This document shows positions 55,799 through 64,000 of a stretch of DNA of 64,000 bases, one piece after another. A program made the position numbers and the translations under genes. The notes beneath the pieces were generated by a model that searched no databases, was not told the DNA's origin, and was given only the letters and a program-made list of their open reading frames with translations. How positions within the stretch are numbered: position 1 is the stretch's first letter; every line of letters starts with the position of its first letter. Origin of the DNA: a bacterium (GTDB lineage: Bacteria; Bacillota; Clostridia; Christensenellales; CAG-138); NCBI GenBank assembly GCA_963643205.1, contig CAVIJJ010000004.1, positions 52 to 64,051 on the forward strand, written 5' to 3'.

Positions 55799-56829
55799 AG
55801 CTTTTCCTCCCAATCCGCGCCTATGTTCTGAGCGAAGCGCGCTATAACCTTGGCGCAGTTTTTAAGCGTTGTAAGCGAAATTTCCTCAACGCTCGTGTGC
55901 ATATACCTAAGCGGCAGCGATATAAGCCCGGTGGCTACGCCGCCCATCTCTGTCTGGGTGTGCCAGGCATCGGTTCCGGTATTCGCGGGGGCTACGTCGT
56001 AATCCCAGGGAATGTTTTGCTCATCCGCGGCGGCGGTTATCATCTTAAACATCTTGGGATGTATGTTAGGGCCGCAGGTTATGGAAACCTTTTCTATGTC
56101 TATCGCGTCAAATGGCTTTACGCCGGGGGTGGGCGCGTGGCAAACATCCATGGCTATGGCCATGTCGGGCTTGGCGTTCCAAACGCTTGCACGGGCGCCG
56201 CCGCCGGCGCTTTCCTCCTGCACGGTGGCGCAGAATACAACCTGGCAGTCAAGCTTTGTTTTCTTAAGCAAATCCATTGCCTCGAGCATAACGGTTATGC
56301 AGGCGCGGTCATCAAACGTTTTGCCGGCTACTATGTTGTTCTTAAGCTTCATAGGCGGCAGCAGGGCGAACGTTACATTGTCGCCCACGCGAACAAGCTC
56401 CTTTACCTCGTCCGCGTCAAGCCCGGTATCGCATACCATATCGTCTATGGAATAGGGCTTCGTATCGTCCCCGGGCTGCTGAAGATGCGGGGGAATGGCG
56501 CCGACAACGGCGTTGAGCACCTTTTTGCCGTGCACAAGCACTTCACTGCCGGGCAACACGCGCGGATCAACGCCCGCAACGGAGCGGATGCGCAGCAGTC
56601 CGTCGTCCTCAACGGCGGTTACCATCATGCCAACCTCGTCCATGTGCGCCTGCACCAGCAGCACCGGGCCGTGATCGCCGATGCGCGCGTAGGTGTTGCC
56701 CATAGGATCGATAAAAATGTCGTCCGTATAGGCTTTGTAATATCCCTTGACAACCTCGGACACGGCAACCTCGTTGCCGGTTACGCCCGGCTTGGTGGTC
56801 AAAGCGGATAGCGCCTCAAATACATCCAT
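55783..56829 (-). CDS. M42 family metallopeptidase, paralogue 1 of 3
   Basis: 348 aa with QAHMDEVGMMV, FDDRACI, ATVQEE and TGTDAW. Confidence 0.85.
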   Translation of the reverse strand: MDVFEALSALTTKPGVTGNEVAVSEVVKGYYKAYTDDIFIDPMGNTYARIGDHGPVLLVQAHMDEVGMMVTAVEDDGLLRIRSVAGVDPRVLPGSEVLVHGKKVLNAVVGAIPPHLQQPGDDTKPYSIDDMVCDTGLDADEVKELVRVGDNVTFALLPPMKLKNNIVAGKTFDDRACITVMLEAMDLLKKTKLDCQVVFCATVQEESAGGGARASVWNAKPDMAIAMDVCHAPTPGVKPFDAIDIEKVSITCGPNIHPKMFKMITAAADEQNIPWDYDVAPANTGTDAWHTQTEMGGVATGLISLPLRYMHTSVEEISLTTLKNCAKVIARFAQNIGADWEEKLCLDD

Positions 56830-56880
56830 AAGCGTTTCTCCTCCTGTTTAATCGGCTTTTATTGAAAAGTGATAAGCTTA

Positions 56881-57852
56881 TTAACCTACGGTTTCCTTTA
56901 TAAGCCTAAGGGCGTTAAGGTGAGTTATCTTGTCTACCTCGTCCGCGGTGAAGCAGGTATTAAAGGCCTCTTCAAGCATGGGGAAGCCTTCCACGCCGCC
57001 GAACTCAAGGTCGCAGCCTATGCCGTCAAAGTCGCTGCCGAGGGCAACTATATCTATGCCGGCCTTGTCGGCCATGTAGCGCGCGTGGCGCACAACATCC
57101 GCGCAGTATGTGTAAGAAGCGTTGTCCACCAGGAAGTCGGACGAGAAGTTAAGGCCTACAACGCCGCCCTTGTCGGCAACGGCGCGCAGCATATCGTCGG
57201 TAAGGTTGCGCATAACGGGGCAGAGAGCCCTGGCGTTTGAATGGGAAGCGGTGAAGGGCTTGGAGGAATATTTTACAACGTCCCAGAAGCCGCCGTCGCT
57301 GAGGTGCGCGGTATCTATTATCATGCCAAGCTCGTTCATGCGCTTAACAACCTCTATACCGAAGGGCTTAAGTCCGCCGTTGGGATCAAGGCAGTTGGGG
57401 AAGCCAAGGGTGTTCTCCTGGTTGTGGGTGAGGGTGATAAGCCTTACGCCGCGGCGATACATTTCGTCGAGCCTTTCTATTTTGCCGTCGAGCGGTACGC
57501 CGTTTTCAATAGTCATCATTGAAGACATTACGCCGTCCGCAATGTTCTTTTCAATGTCCGCGTATTTGCCGATGGGGCGGATCATGTCCGCGTTAGCGGC
57601 AAGCTGACGATCGTAGCAATCGGCGGCATCATTAAAGAAGTCCCATTCATCGGCCTCACCGGTGGTTTCGGCTATGCGCTTCATGGGCGGAATGTACAGC
57701 GCAAGGCACTGCAGCAGGCTGCCCGCCTCTTTCATGCGGACCAGGTCCAGCATACCCTCGGGATTGGAGCGCAGGTTTTTATGCTCTTCGTCCCTCATAA
57801 CTTCGCACACTATCGTGTCGCAATGCAAGTCTACAAAACGCATTTTACTCAT
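56881..57852 (-). CDS. M19 family (membrane-dipeptidase-like) dipeptidase
   Basis: 323 aa with VDLHCDT at the N-terminus, then LTHNQEN, IDTAHLS and LGSDFDG. Confidence 0.85.
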   Translation of the reverse strand: MSKMRFVDLHCDTIVCEVMRDEEHKNLRSNPEGMLDLVRMKEAGSLLQCLALYIPPMKRIAETTGEADEWDFFNDAADCYDRQLAANADMIRPIGKYADIEKNIADGVMSSMMTIENGVPLDGKIERLDEMYRRGVRLITLTHNQENTLGFPNCLDPNGGLKPFGIEVVKRMNELGMIIDTAHLSDGGFWDVVKYSSKPFTASHSNARALCPVMRNLTDDMLRAVADKGGVVGLNFSSDFLVDNASYTYCADVVRHARYMADKAGIDIVALGSDFDGIGCDLEFGGVEGFPMLEEAFNTCFTADEVDKITHLNALRLIKETVG

Positions 57853-57855
57853 TGT

Positions 57856-58425
57856 TTATTTCTCCTCCATCTTACGCGCAACTGCCGCGCGAAAATCATC
57901 CATTGTTTTGTTGTGGAATTTCCACCAGTGTTCAGGGTCCAGATGACCGCTTGCCGTGCCGCGCAGATATCCCTCGCGGTGGCTTATTATTTCGTTTATC
58001 TCAATTGTGGGATACTGCCTTATAAGATACGCGCAGAGTTCAACGGCGTTGTTCCATATACGATCAAAATACGGCTGAAAATGAGCGGTATCGTAATCGA
58101 CTATGTCAAAATCGCTCGTGTAGATCATTCCGGCGGGTTCGCACAGCTCAATGCCTATGTGATCGTTGTTGTCCGATCCTCCGGCATGCCAGCCGCGCAT
58201 ATCCCAGGGCAGGTACTGCATAACGGTTTCGTCGTCCGCAAAGGCATGCACACATACCTCGCGCCCGTTCTGCTCGCTTGCGGGTTTGTTCCAAAGATCG
58301 TACCACACGCCGGAGCGCATGCCCGGCTCTGCGGTGCTGTGAATGGTTATGCCGCGTGGAGTGATGGTACGTCCTGACTTATAGCAGTCGTTTTCGGTCA
58401 TAAGCTTAGTGATAATGTTCAGCAT
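57856..58425 (-). CDS. N-acetylmuramoyl-L-alanine amidase (Amidase_2/PGRP fold), no signal peptide
   Basis: 189 aa with GITIHSTAEPG and the later ISHREG...HLDPEHWW pattern of zinc amidase_2 enzymes. First gene of the peptidase operon. Confidence 0.7.
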   Translation of the reverse strand: MLNIITKLMTENDCYKSGRTITPRGITIHSTAEPGMRSGVWYDLWNKPASEQNGREVCVHAFADDETVMQYLPWDMRGWHAGGSDNNDHIGIELCEPAGMIYTSDFDIVDYDTAHFQPYFDRIWNNAVELCAYLIRQYPTIEINEIISHREGYLRGTASGHLDPEHWWKFHNKTMDDFRAAVARKMEEK

Positions 58426-58556
58426 ATATCCTCCGATTTAGGCAAACTGAGTATAAAAATACCTCAGCATGATTATACTACACATTTTTTGATAAATAAA
58501 GGGGCTCTAACCGTTATAGAAAAGGCTAAAAAGCAATAGAAATGCAAAATAATATA

Positions 58557-58565
58557 TGCTATAAT
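58557..58565 (+). promoter_or_regulatory. Extended -10 element TGcTATAAT directly upstream of the EamA transporter start
   Basis: TGC at 58557-58559 and TATAAT at 58560-58565, with ATG at 58572 only 6 nt downstream and no SD. Confidence 0.35.
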
Positions 58566-58571
58566 CAAAAT

Positions 58572-59507
58572 ATGAATAAGAAACAGATGCAAAGCAATTT
58601 AATGTTGGTACTCGTGGCGATTATCTGGGGCACGGCTTTCGTGTTTCAGCAGATGGGCGGGGATTCTATGAGCGCGTACTCTTTCAACGCGCTGCGTTCA
58701 CTTGCCGCGGGTATAGCTTTGCTTCCGCTTATAGCGTTCAACAATGCCAGGGCAAAGAAAAACGGTCAGGTAAGTGAGGCTGACCCGAAAGCAAAACGCA
58801 CGCTTATAATTGGCGGCCTGGTTGTTGGTACGGCGTTGGCGGTGGCAAGCGCGCTGCAGCAGCTTGGCCTTGGGTACACAACCGTGGGCAAGGCCGGGTT
58901 TATAACGGCAATGTACATTGTGTTCGTTCCCGTGTTCGGAATATTCCAGCATAAAAAGCTTCCGATTACGGTTTGGATAAGCGTTTTGCTCGGCGTTGTG
59001 GGCCTGTATTTCCTTTCCATATTCGGCACCGGCAGCTTTACGCTTGAAAAAGGCGATACGCTTGTGCTCCTCTGCGCATTCGGATACAGCGCGCACATCC
59101 TTTTGATAGATCATTTTTCACCAAAGGTAGACGGCGTGAAGATGAGCTGCATTCAGTTCTTCACCTGCGCCGTTGTTTCCGCGATATTCATGCTTATAGA
59201 CGGCAATATCCCCTCCTGGCAGAATATAGGCGAAGCGATTATCCCCATTCTTTATACCGGCGTAATGTCCAGCGGCGTTGGCTATACGCTGCAGATTATT
59301 GCCCAGAAGAATACCGAACCCGCCGTAGCATCGCTGCTGATGAGCCTTGAAAGCGTTTTCTCGGCCCTTGCCGGCTGGGTTATGCTTGGTCAGGGATTCT
59401 CCGGCCACGAGTTTGCGGGCTGCGTTATAATGTTCGCGGCGATAGTGCTTGCTCAGCTGCCGGACCTTTTGGCCGCCGCCAAGAAGAAAAAGGGAAAGAC
59501 CGCGTAA
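58572..59507 (+). CDS. DMT/EamA family transporter
   Basis: 10-TM protein with LVLVAIIWGTAFVFQQ typical of EamA repeats. The start is ambiguous: 58572 MNKKQ is possibly leaderless, and the track start at 58542 has no SD either. Confidence 0.8.
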   Translation: MNKKQMQSNLMLVLVAIIWGTAFVFQQMGGDSMSAYSFNALRSLAAGIALLPLIAFNNARAKKNGQVSEADPKAKRTLIIGGLVVGTALAVASALQQLGLGYTTVGKAGFITAMYIVFVPVFGIFQHKKLPITVWISVLLGVVGLYFLSIFGTGSFTLEKGDTLVLLCAFGYSAHILLIDHFSPKVDGVKMSCIQFFTCAVVSAIFMLIDGNIPSWQNIGEAIIPILYTGVMSSGVGYTLQIIAQKNTEPAVASLLMSLESVFSALAGWVMLGQGFSGHEFAGCVIMFAAIVLAQLPDLLAAAKKKKGKTA

Positions 59508-59525
59508 AACAAAAAGTGACTTATG

Positions 59526-59557
59526 CAAAAAATCTCCGAGTGATCGGAGATTTTTTT
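59526..59557. terminator. Bidirectional intrinsic terminator (EamA gene / MutS-like gene)
   Basis: 8-bp stem ATCTCCGA / TCGGAGAT with a 4-nt loop, flanked by AAAAA and TTTTTTT. Confidence 0.8.
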
Positions 59558-59588
59558 AGTTCATTATATAGACTGCAATTCGGATAAG

Positions 59589-61046
59589 CTATTTAATATC
59601 CTGCAGTATTTCGTCCTTCAGCGCGAGCAAAGCGCATATATTTCTGGCGTCACGCGGGCAGCTTTCCGCGCCCTGCGCGCGATAAAGGCCATAGTTCATG
59701 TGCGATGCTATTATGTCCGCGCCCTTCTTTTGCCCGTTCGCGGCGGCTATTTCCTCGGCAACCTTTGCCATATCCATATCCTTAAGGCCCTTCACCTCAA
59801 AGTGGGCCGAGGCAAGGGAGGCCACGCCGTCGTAATGCGTTGTAAGTACGCTTACGCTGGGCTGCTTATTAAGGTATCTCGTAACCGCACGCACTATCAT
59901 AGCGCCCTCCTCGGGGTTGGTGCCGCGGGCAAACTCATCAAGAAGGATAAGGCTTATGCCCTCTGTTTGAGCGGCGGCCTGCTCAACCTCGTTGAACTGC
60001 ACAATTTCCGCGCCAAAGCTTGAAAGACCGCGATCCATATCCTCAAGATCCTCGCTTACTATGAATATGCCGCCGAAAAGGGGCAGCCTGGCGTGCTTGG
60101 CAAAGGGCAATAAGCCCGCTTTCACAAGCATTGCGTTCAGCGCGAGCGTTTTCAGCGCAACGCTCTTGCCGCCCATGTTAGCGCCGGTTATAACCGTTGC
60201 GCCGAGCGGTGCCTCAAGCGAAACGGGAGTAAAGTGCCTTTCCCTTTCAAAAAGGGCATCGGCAACGCGCGGGTTTATCATATCTTCCATTTCAACGGGG
60301 CCATTTGAAAATTCCGGCATAACTCCGCCGTAGCGCATGGCAACCTCGGCGCGGGCAATTGTAAAATCAAGCTCGCCCACGTTGTCCATGCAGGAAATTA
60401 TATCATTCGCGTACGGAACGAGAGATAAGCATATTTCGCGGCGGATTCGGCGCTCCTCAACGTCCTCCCGGCCAACGATCGCGCTTCTTTTAGCCGTAAG
60501 CTCGGCGCGCTCCTCGCTGTTTGCCGCGCGGCGGATAAGCTCCTCTATGTCGCGCTTTTCGCGCCTTGCCTGCTTAAGCTCCGCGGACGCGTTGTCCGCT
60601 ATAAAAAATGTCGCTGCGCGGTTGCCGTCCGGGTCGATTATCTTAAGCGGCTCGGTCTGCGCGGGGATTGATATGCCCTCAAGGTGTGCCTTGGCCTTTA
60701 CCTCGTCAAGCACGGGGGATATAAGCTCGGTTTGCAGCAAAAAACGCTTAAGCTCAAAAAGCTCAAGCTCGCTCAACGCGCCCTCGGAAAGATTCATAAC
60801 GCTTCTGCGTATATCCTTCATGGGCATCATAAGCCGCTGAAGGCGGCCGTACTCAAAGCTTAGCGAAGTATAGCTTGCCATAACGCGGCATACGTTTGAA
60901 AGCTGCAGCTTAAGCTCATCAAGCTCATCGGGATTGAAAAAGCGCAGCTTGTTTACGCGCGCCTGGCCGTAAGGGCTTGAACAGGAAAGCGAATTGATAA
61001 CATACCTGAATCCTATGTTCTCCTGCTGGGAAAATGTCATTGCCAT
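59589..61046 (-). CDS. MutS-related ATPase containing only the MutS domain V-type ABC ATPase plus a helical N-terminal region
   Basis: Walker A ITGANMGGKSVALKT, Walker B LILLDEFARGTNPEEG, and TTHY. No mismatch-binding domain and no Smr domain. ATG at 61046 lies 7 nt after AAGGAGAG. The track start at 61067 is a TTG that overlaps the upstream stop. Confidence 0.8.
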   Translation of the reverse strand: MAMTFSQQENIGFRYVINSLSCSSPYGQARVNKLRFFNPDELDELKLQLSNVCRVMASYTSLSFEYGRLQRLMMPMKDIRRSVMNLSEGALSELELFELKRFLLQTELISPVLDEVKAKAHLEGISIPAQTEPLKIIDPDGNRAATFFIADNASAELKQARREKRDIEELIRRAANSEERAELTAKRSAIVGREDVEERRIRREICLSLVPYANDIISCMDNVGELDFTIARAEVAMRYGGVMPEFSNGPVEMEDMINPRVADALFERERHFTPVSLEAPLGATVITGANMGGKSVALKTLALNAMLVKAGLLPFAKHARLPLFGGIFIVSEDLEDMDRGLSSFGAEIVQFNEVEQAAAQTEGISLILLDEFARGTNPEEGAMIVRAVTRYLNKQPSVSVLTTHYDGVASLASAHFEVKGLKDMDMAKVAEEIAAANGQKKGADIIASHMNYGLYRAQGAESCPRDARNICALLALKDEILQDIK

Positions 61047-61063
61047 TTTGCTTCTCTCCTTTA

Positions 61064-62077
61064 TCAATTCTCTTTGCTTTCAACGTTTACAACCGGAACG
61101 TTTACGGCACTGCGCATGCTTTCAAGCAGCAGCTTCGGGTCCATATCAAAGCCGTATGCCGAAACGGGGTTTACCGTAATGGCCGCCAGCTTAACCGGCC
61201 TTCTTACGCCTATGCGCACGCCGCGTATAAGCAGCTTTTCGTATGAATCGTGGCTAAGCAGCAGCTTGCTGCCGTCCTCCGCGCTGAGCTCAAAGCCTTT
61301 AAGCTTGGCCCCGCCCATAAGCACGGGCTTTATGGTGGCGTCCGTAACCGCGCCCGAAATGTACGCGCTTTTCACGTCCGCGTATTCGCGGCTTACAAGC
61401 GCCTGGGCAAGCGTAACGTCGTCCTTCATCGGCTCAACCGTGCCGTCCGCCCGCTTAAAGCGGATCTTGCCGGCCAGGGGCAAATCAAGCTCCTCTTCGG
61501 TAAACGAATTTTGCTTGGGCAGGGTAAGCAGCGCCGTTGAAAAGGCCGTGTCCTCTATTACGGTATTAAGATCCTTTGAGTAGGAAGCGCCCGTGCAGAG
61601 AATTGTTGCCTCACTTACGGTTGGCGCGCAGAGTGTTTTGCGGCTGAGAGCGCCGTCTATTATTGTCATTTCCGCGCCGAAGGAATCGAATATTTCAACA
61701 AGCGCGCTGAGCTGAGTCGTCATACTCGGCCCCGCAAGCTGCACGTTGCCGTCGCTGCGGGCGCGCACCACCGCAACCTCACCCATCGGGGTGGGCCAGC
61801 CTGTTGAATATATTATCTCCCTTGTAATGTCGCTTAGGCGAAACATATCAACCGCCGTGGCCACAAGGGTATTTTCATAAACATATATGCCGGGCTTCGC
61901 GGTGCTTGTAACTAGGTCCACGCTTTCGCCGTCCCGCCCTATGCTTGTAAGCCCAAGGCGAACGCCGGAATCGTTAAGCTCCGCTATAAGCTTATTCAAA
62001 ACGGTTGTTTTGCCCGCGTTTTTGCACATGCCTATTATGGAAAGCGAGCGCACGCCCTGTATATATTCCTTCAGCAT
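61064..62077 (-). CDS. Uncharacterised P-loop protein (N-terminal Walker A GMCKNAGKTT)
   Basis: 337-aa ORF with AGGAGA ribosome-binding site and no TM or signal sequence. A Walker-A-like loop at residues 16-25 is followed by IIDGALSRK. I cannot place the rest in a named family. Confidence 0.6.
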   Translation of the reverse strand: MLKEYIQGVRSLSIIGMCKNAGKTTVLNKLIAELNDSGVRLGLTSIGRDGESVDLVTSTAKPGIYVYENTLVATAVDMFRLSDITREIIYSTGWPTPMGEVAVVRARSDGNVQLAGPSMTTQLSALVEIFDSFGAEMTIIDGALSRKTLCAPTVSEATILCTGASYSKDLNTVIEDTAFSTALLTLPKQNSFTEEELDLPLAGKIRFKRADGTVEPMKDDVTLAQALVSREYADVKSAYISGAVTDATIKPVLMGGAKLKGFELSAEDGSKLLLSHDSYEKLLIRGVRIGVRRPVKLAAITVNPVSAYGFDMDPKLLLESMRSAVNVPVVNVESKEN

Positions 62078-62111
62078 TTAATCTCCTAAATCGCAGTACT
62101 AGTCTAAAGGC

Positions 62112-62393
62112 TTATTTGCCTTCCGTTTCCGCTTCCTTTTCCCTATCAAGAAACAGCTTGAAGACGGCATCCAGTATATCCGGATCGTCAACACCGTGAA
62201 GCTCCTCGTCCTCGTCGTCCGCGCCGGACATAAGCTCAAGTATTACAAGCTCAGGTTCGTCGCTTTCGTCGTCAACGGGGAAAAGCACGGCGTATTCCTT
62301 GCCCAAAAACGGCACAACGTCCAGTATTTCGTAGGCAAGCTCGTTGCCCTGGCTGTCTTCAAGGGCGATAAGATCGCTGTCTTTGTTTTCCAT
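62112..62393 (-). CDS. DUF1292 family small acidic protein
   Basis: 93 aa with LEDSQGNELAYEILDVVPFLGKEYAVLFPVDDE...LVILEL, the typical DUF1292 pattern. Confidence 0.8.
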   Translation of the reverse strand: MENKDSDLIALEDSQGNELAYEILDVVPFLGKEYAVLFPVDDESDEPELVILELMSGADDEDEELHGVDDPDILDAVFKLFLDREKEAETEGK

Positions 62394-62407
62394 GCAGTCT
62401 CCTTATA

Positions 62408-63343
62408 TTACGCCTTGTTCTCGCAGCCGAGCACGCACTGAATTTTGTGCATTACCATCTGCTTTATGGCTTCGCGGCCGGGCTTAAGATACTGGCGCGG
62501 GTCAAAATGATCGGGGTTATTGTAAAGATGCTCGCGTACGCTGGCGGTCATGGCAAGGCGCAGGTCGGAGTCTATGTTTATTTTGCAAACTGCCATGCTT
62601 GAAGCCTTGCGCAGCATATCCTCGGGCACGCCTATGGCGTCCGGCATATTGCCGCCGTAGCGATTTATCTTGTCAACAAATTCGGGTATAACGCTGCTCG
62701 CTCCGTGCAGCACTATGGGGAAACCGGGCAGGCGCTTCTGAACCTCTTCAAGTATATCAAAGCGCAGCTGCGGCTTGGTGCCGGGCTTGAACTTATAAGC
62801 GCCGTGGCTGGTGCCTATGGCGATAGCGAGCGAGTCAACGCCGGTGCGGGTTACAAAATCGTAAACCTGATCGGGATCGGTGTAGCTGCCCTGGCCCATG
62901 GCGACCTTAACGTCGTCCTCAACGCCCTCAAGGCGGCCAAGCTCACCCTCTACCACAACGCCGTGATCGTGAGCGTATTCAACAACCTGGCGCGTAACGG
63001 CCACGTTTTCCTCATAAGGATGATGGCTGCCGTCTATCATAACGGAGGTAAAGCCGCCGTCTATGCAGCTTTTGCAAACGTCAAATCCGTCGCCATGGTC
63101 AAGATGCAGGCATATGGGAAGGCCGGTTTCGATTACGGCTGCCTCAACAAGCTTCATAAGGTATGTATGGCTGGCGTATTTACGCGCGCCGGCGGACACC
63201 TGAAGAATCACGGGCGCGTTAAGCTCCTTCGCGCCTTCGGTGATGCCCTGGATTATCTCCATGTTATTAACGTTGAAGGCACCGATGGCGTATCCGCCCT
63301 CGTAGGCCTTTTGAAACATTTCTTTGCTGGTTACAAGAGGCAT
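62408..63343 (-). CDS. fba: Class II fructose-1,6-bisphosphate aldolase
   Basis: 311 aa with GGYAIGAFNVNNME, HLDHG, VEGELG and LHGASS. Confidence 0.95.
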   Translation of the reverse strand: MPLVTSKEMFQKAYEGGYAIGAFNVNNMEIIQGITEGAKELNAPVILQVSAGARKYASHTYLMKLVEAAVIETGLPICLHLDHGDGFDVCKSCIDGGFTSVMIDGSHHPYEENVAVTRQVVEYAHDHGVVVEGELGRLEGVEDDVKVAMGQGSYTDPDQVYDFVTRTGVDSLAIAIGTSHGAYKFKPGTKPQLRFDILEEVQKRLPGFPIVLHGASSVIPEFVDKINRYGGNMPDAIGVPEDMLRKASSMAVCKINIDSDLRLAMTASVREHLYNNPDHFDPRQYLKPGREAIKQMVMHKIQCVLGCENKA

Positions 63344-63499
63344 TGTTTTATCTCCTTTGCATGTTCATGATTGTCATTATTATATACTATTTTCAGTTAT
63401 ATTCCAACATGCAGCTTGTATCTGTTTTCATAATACCCATTCAGCGGAAAGAATATATAAATAAAAAATGACTTAGCACAACAGCATCTCACACCCCCC

Positions 63500-63527
63500 T
63501 TGATTTTTTTTTGTTATATGCTACAAT
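63500..63527 (+). promoter_or_regulatory. Sigma-A-like promoter of the ferredoxin gene (TTGATT-16-TGcTACAAT)
   Basis: TTGATT at 63500-63505, a 16-nt spacer ending in TGC, TACAAT at 63522-63527. Confidence 0.55.
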
Positions 63528-63553
63528 ATACGAAGAATAATGACCGGAGGTAA

Positions 63554-63730
<177 letters not shown>

Positions 63731-63750
63731 TTAACAACTGCCAACAGGAT

Positions 63751-63775
63751 CGGCCCTTCCGAAAAGGGAGGGCCG
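63751..63775 (+). terminator. Hairpin terminator after the ferredoxin gene
   Basis: 10-bp stem CGGCCCTTCC-GAAAA-GGGAGGGCCG (one G-U pair). The downstream U-tract is weak (TATCTGTAT). Confidence 0.55.
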
Positions 63776-63848
63776 TATCTGTATCCATTCGAACAAAAAT
63801 CGGTGAAATGCGGCTTAAGGGCCGTTTTTTAGGTATAATCAAGGCCTT

Positions 63849-64000
63849 ATGGAAAAGAATATAAGCGAACAAAAGGAAAACAAAAAATATATAGGCATAT
63901 TGCTTATGCTTGCGTGCGCCCTGCTTTGGAGCGCGAACGGGCTGTGTATAAAGCTTACGCCGTGGAATTCAATGGTTCTGGCGGGCTGGCGCGGTTTTGC
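63849..64000 (+). CDS. DMT/EamA family transporter, 5' part (runs off the window)
   Basis: Hand translation MEKNISEQKENKKYIGILLMLACALLWSANGLCIKLTPWNSMVLAGWRGF..., an EamA-like first helix. TATAAT at 63834-63839 lies only 9 nt before the ATG, and there is no SD. Confidence 0.6.
   Translation, partial: MEKNISEQKENKKYIGILLMLACALLWSANGLCIKLTPWNSMVLAGWRGF

Noticed and set aside
59589-61067. Annotation as canonical mismatch-repair mutS or mutS2
   Set aside because: The protein is far too short. It lacks the N-terminal mismatch-binding domain and the C-terminal Smr domain, and no mutL gene is adjacent.

Overview
This is a 64-kb chromosomal segment from a moderately GC-rich Firmicute that looks like a member of the Clostridia. 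Supporting gene content includes type III glutamine synthetase, a clostridial 2x[4Fe-4S] ferredoxin, DUF1292, three tandem M42 peptidase genes and a MurK-type sugar kinase. I call about 58 protein genes, one tRNA-Thr(GGU) and a set of intrinsic terminators and sigma-A-like promoters. I found no rRNA, CRISPR array, transposase, integrase or prophage genes. Most of the window is housekeeping: ftsH, obg, radA, nth, dusB, yajC, asnS, gap, fba, gdhA and glnN. Six things deserve a second look. (1) A perfect 1,188-bp tandem duplication spans the radC/phosphoglucomutase junction (28214-30589) and creates two truncated gene copies. (2) A roughly 3-kb AT-rich island (11800-14866) carries an ECF sigma factor, a putative anti-sigma factor and a secreted amidase-like protein. 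Its two divergent promoters share an identical GAAC-N16-CTATCTATT motif. (3) A CotH kinase, a DUF4956 membrane protein and a VTC polyphosphate-polymerase domain protein form a tight triad (83-3454). (4) A MutS domain-V-only ATPase sits 17 nt downstream of an uncharacterised P-loop protein gene (59589-62077). (5) Two cytoplasmic cell-wall or peptide salvage clusters are present: amiE-like/murQ/nagZ/murK-like at 3692-8154, and a seven-gene amidase plus peptidase operon at 51984-58425. (6) A 56-aa ferredoxin gene is missing from the supplied ORF track. All functional calls come from motif and family recognition by eye, with no database search run. Coordinates of starts that I moved relative to the ORF track are justified in the evidence fields.
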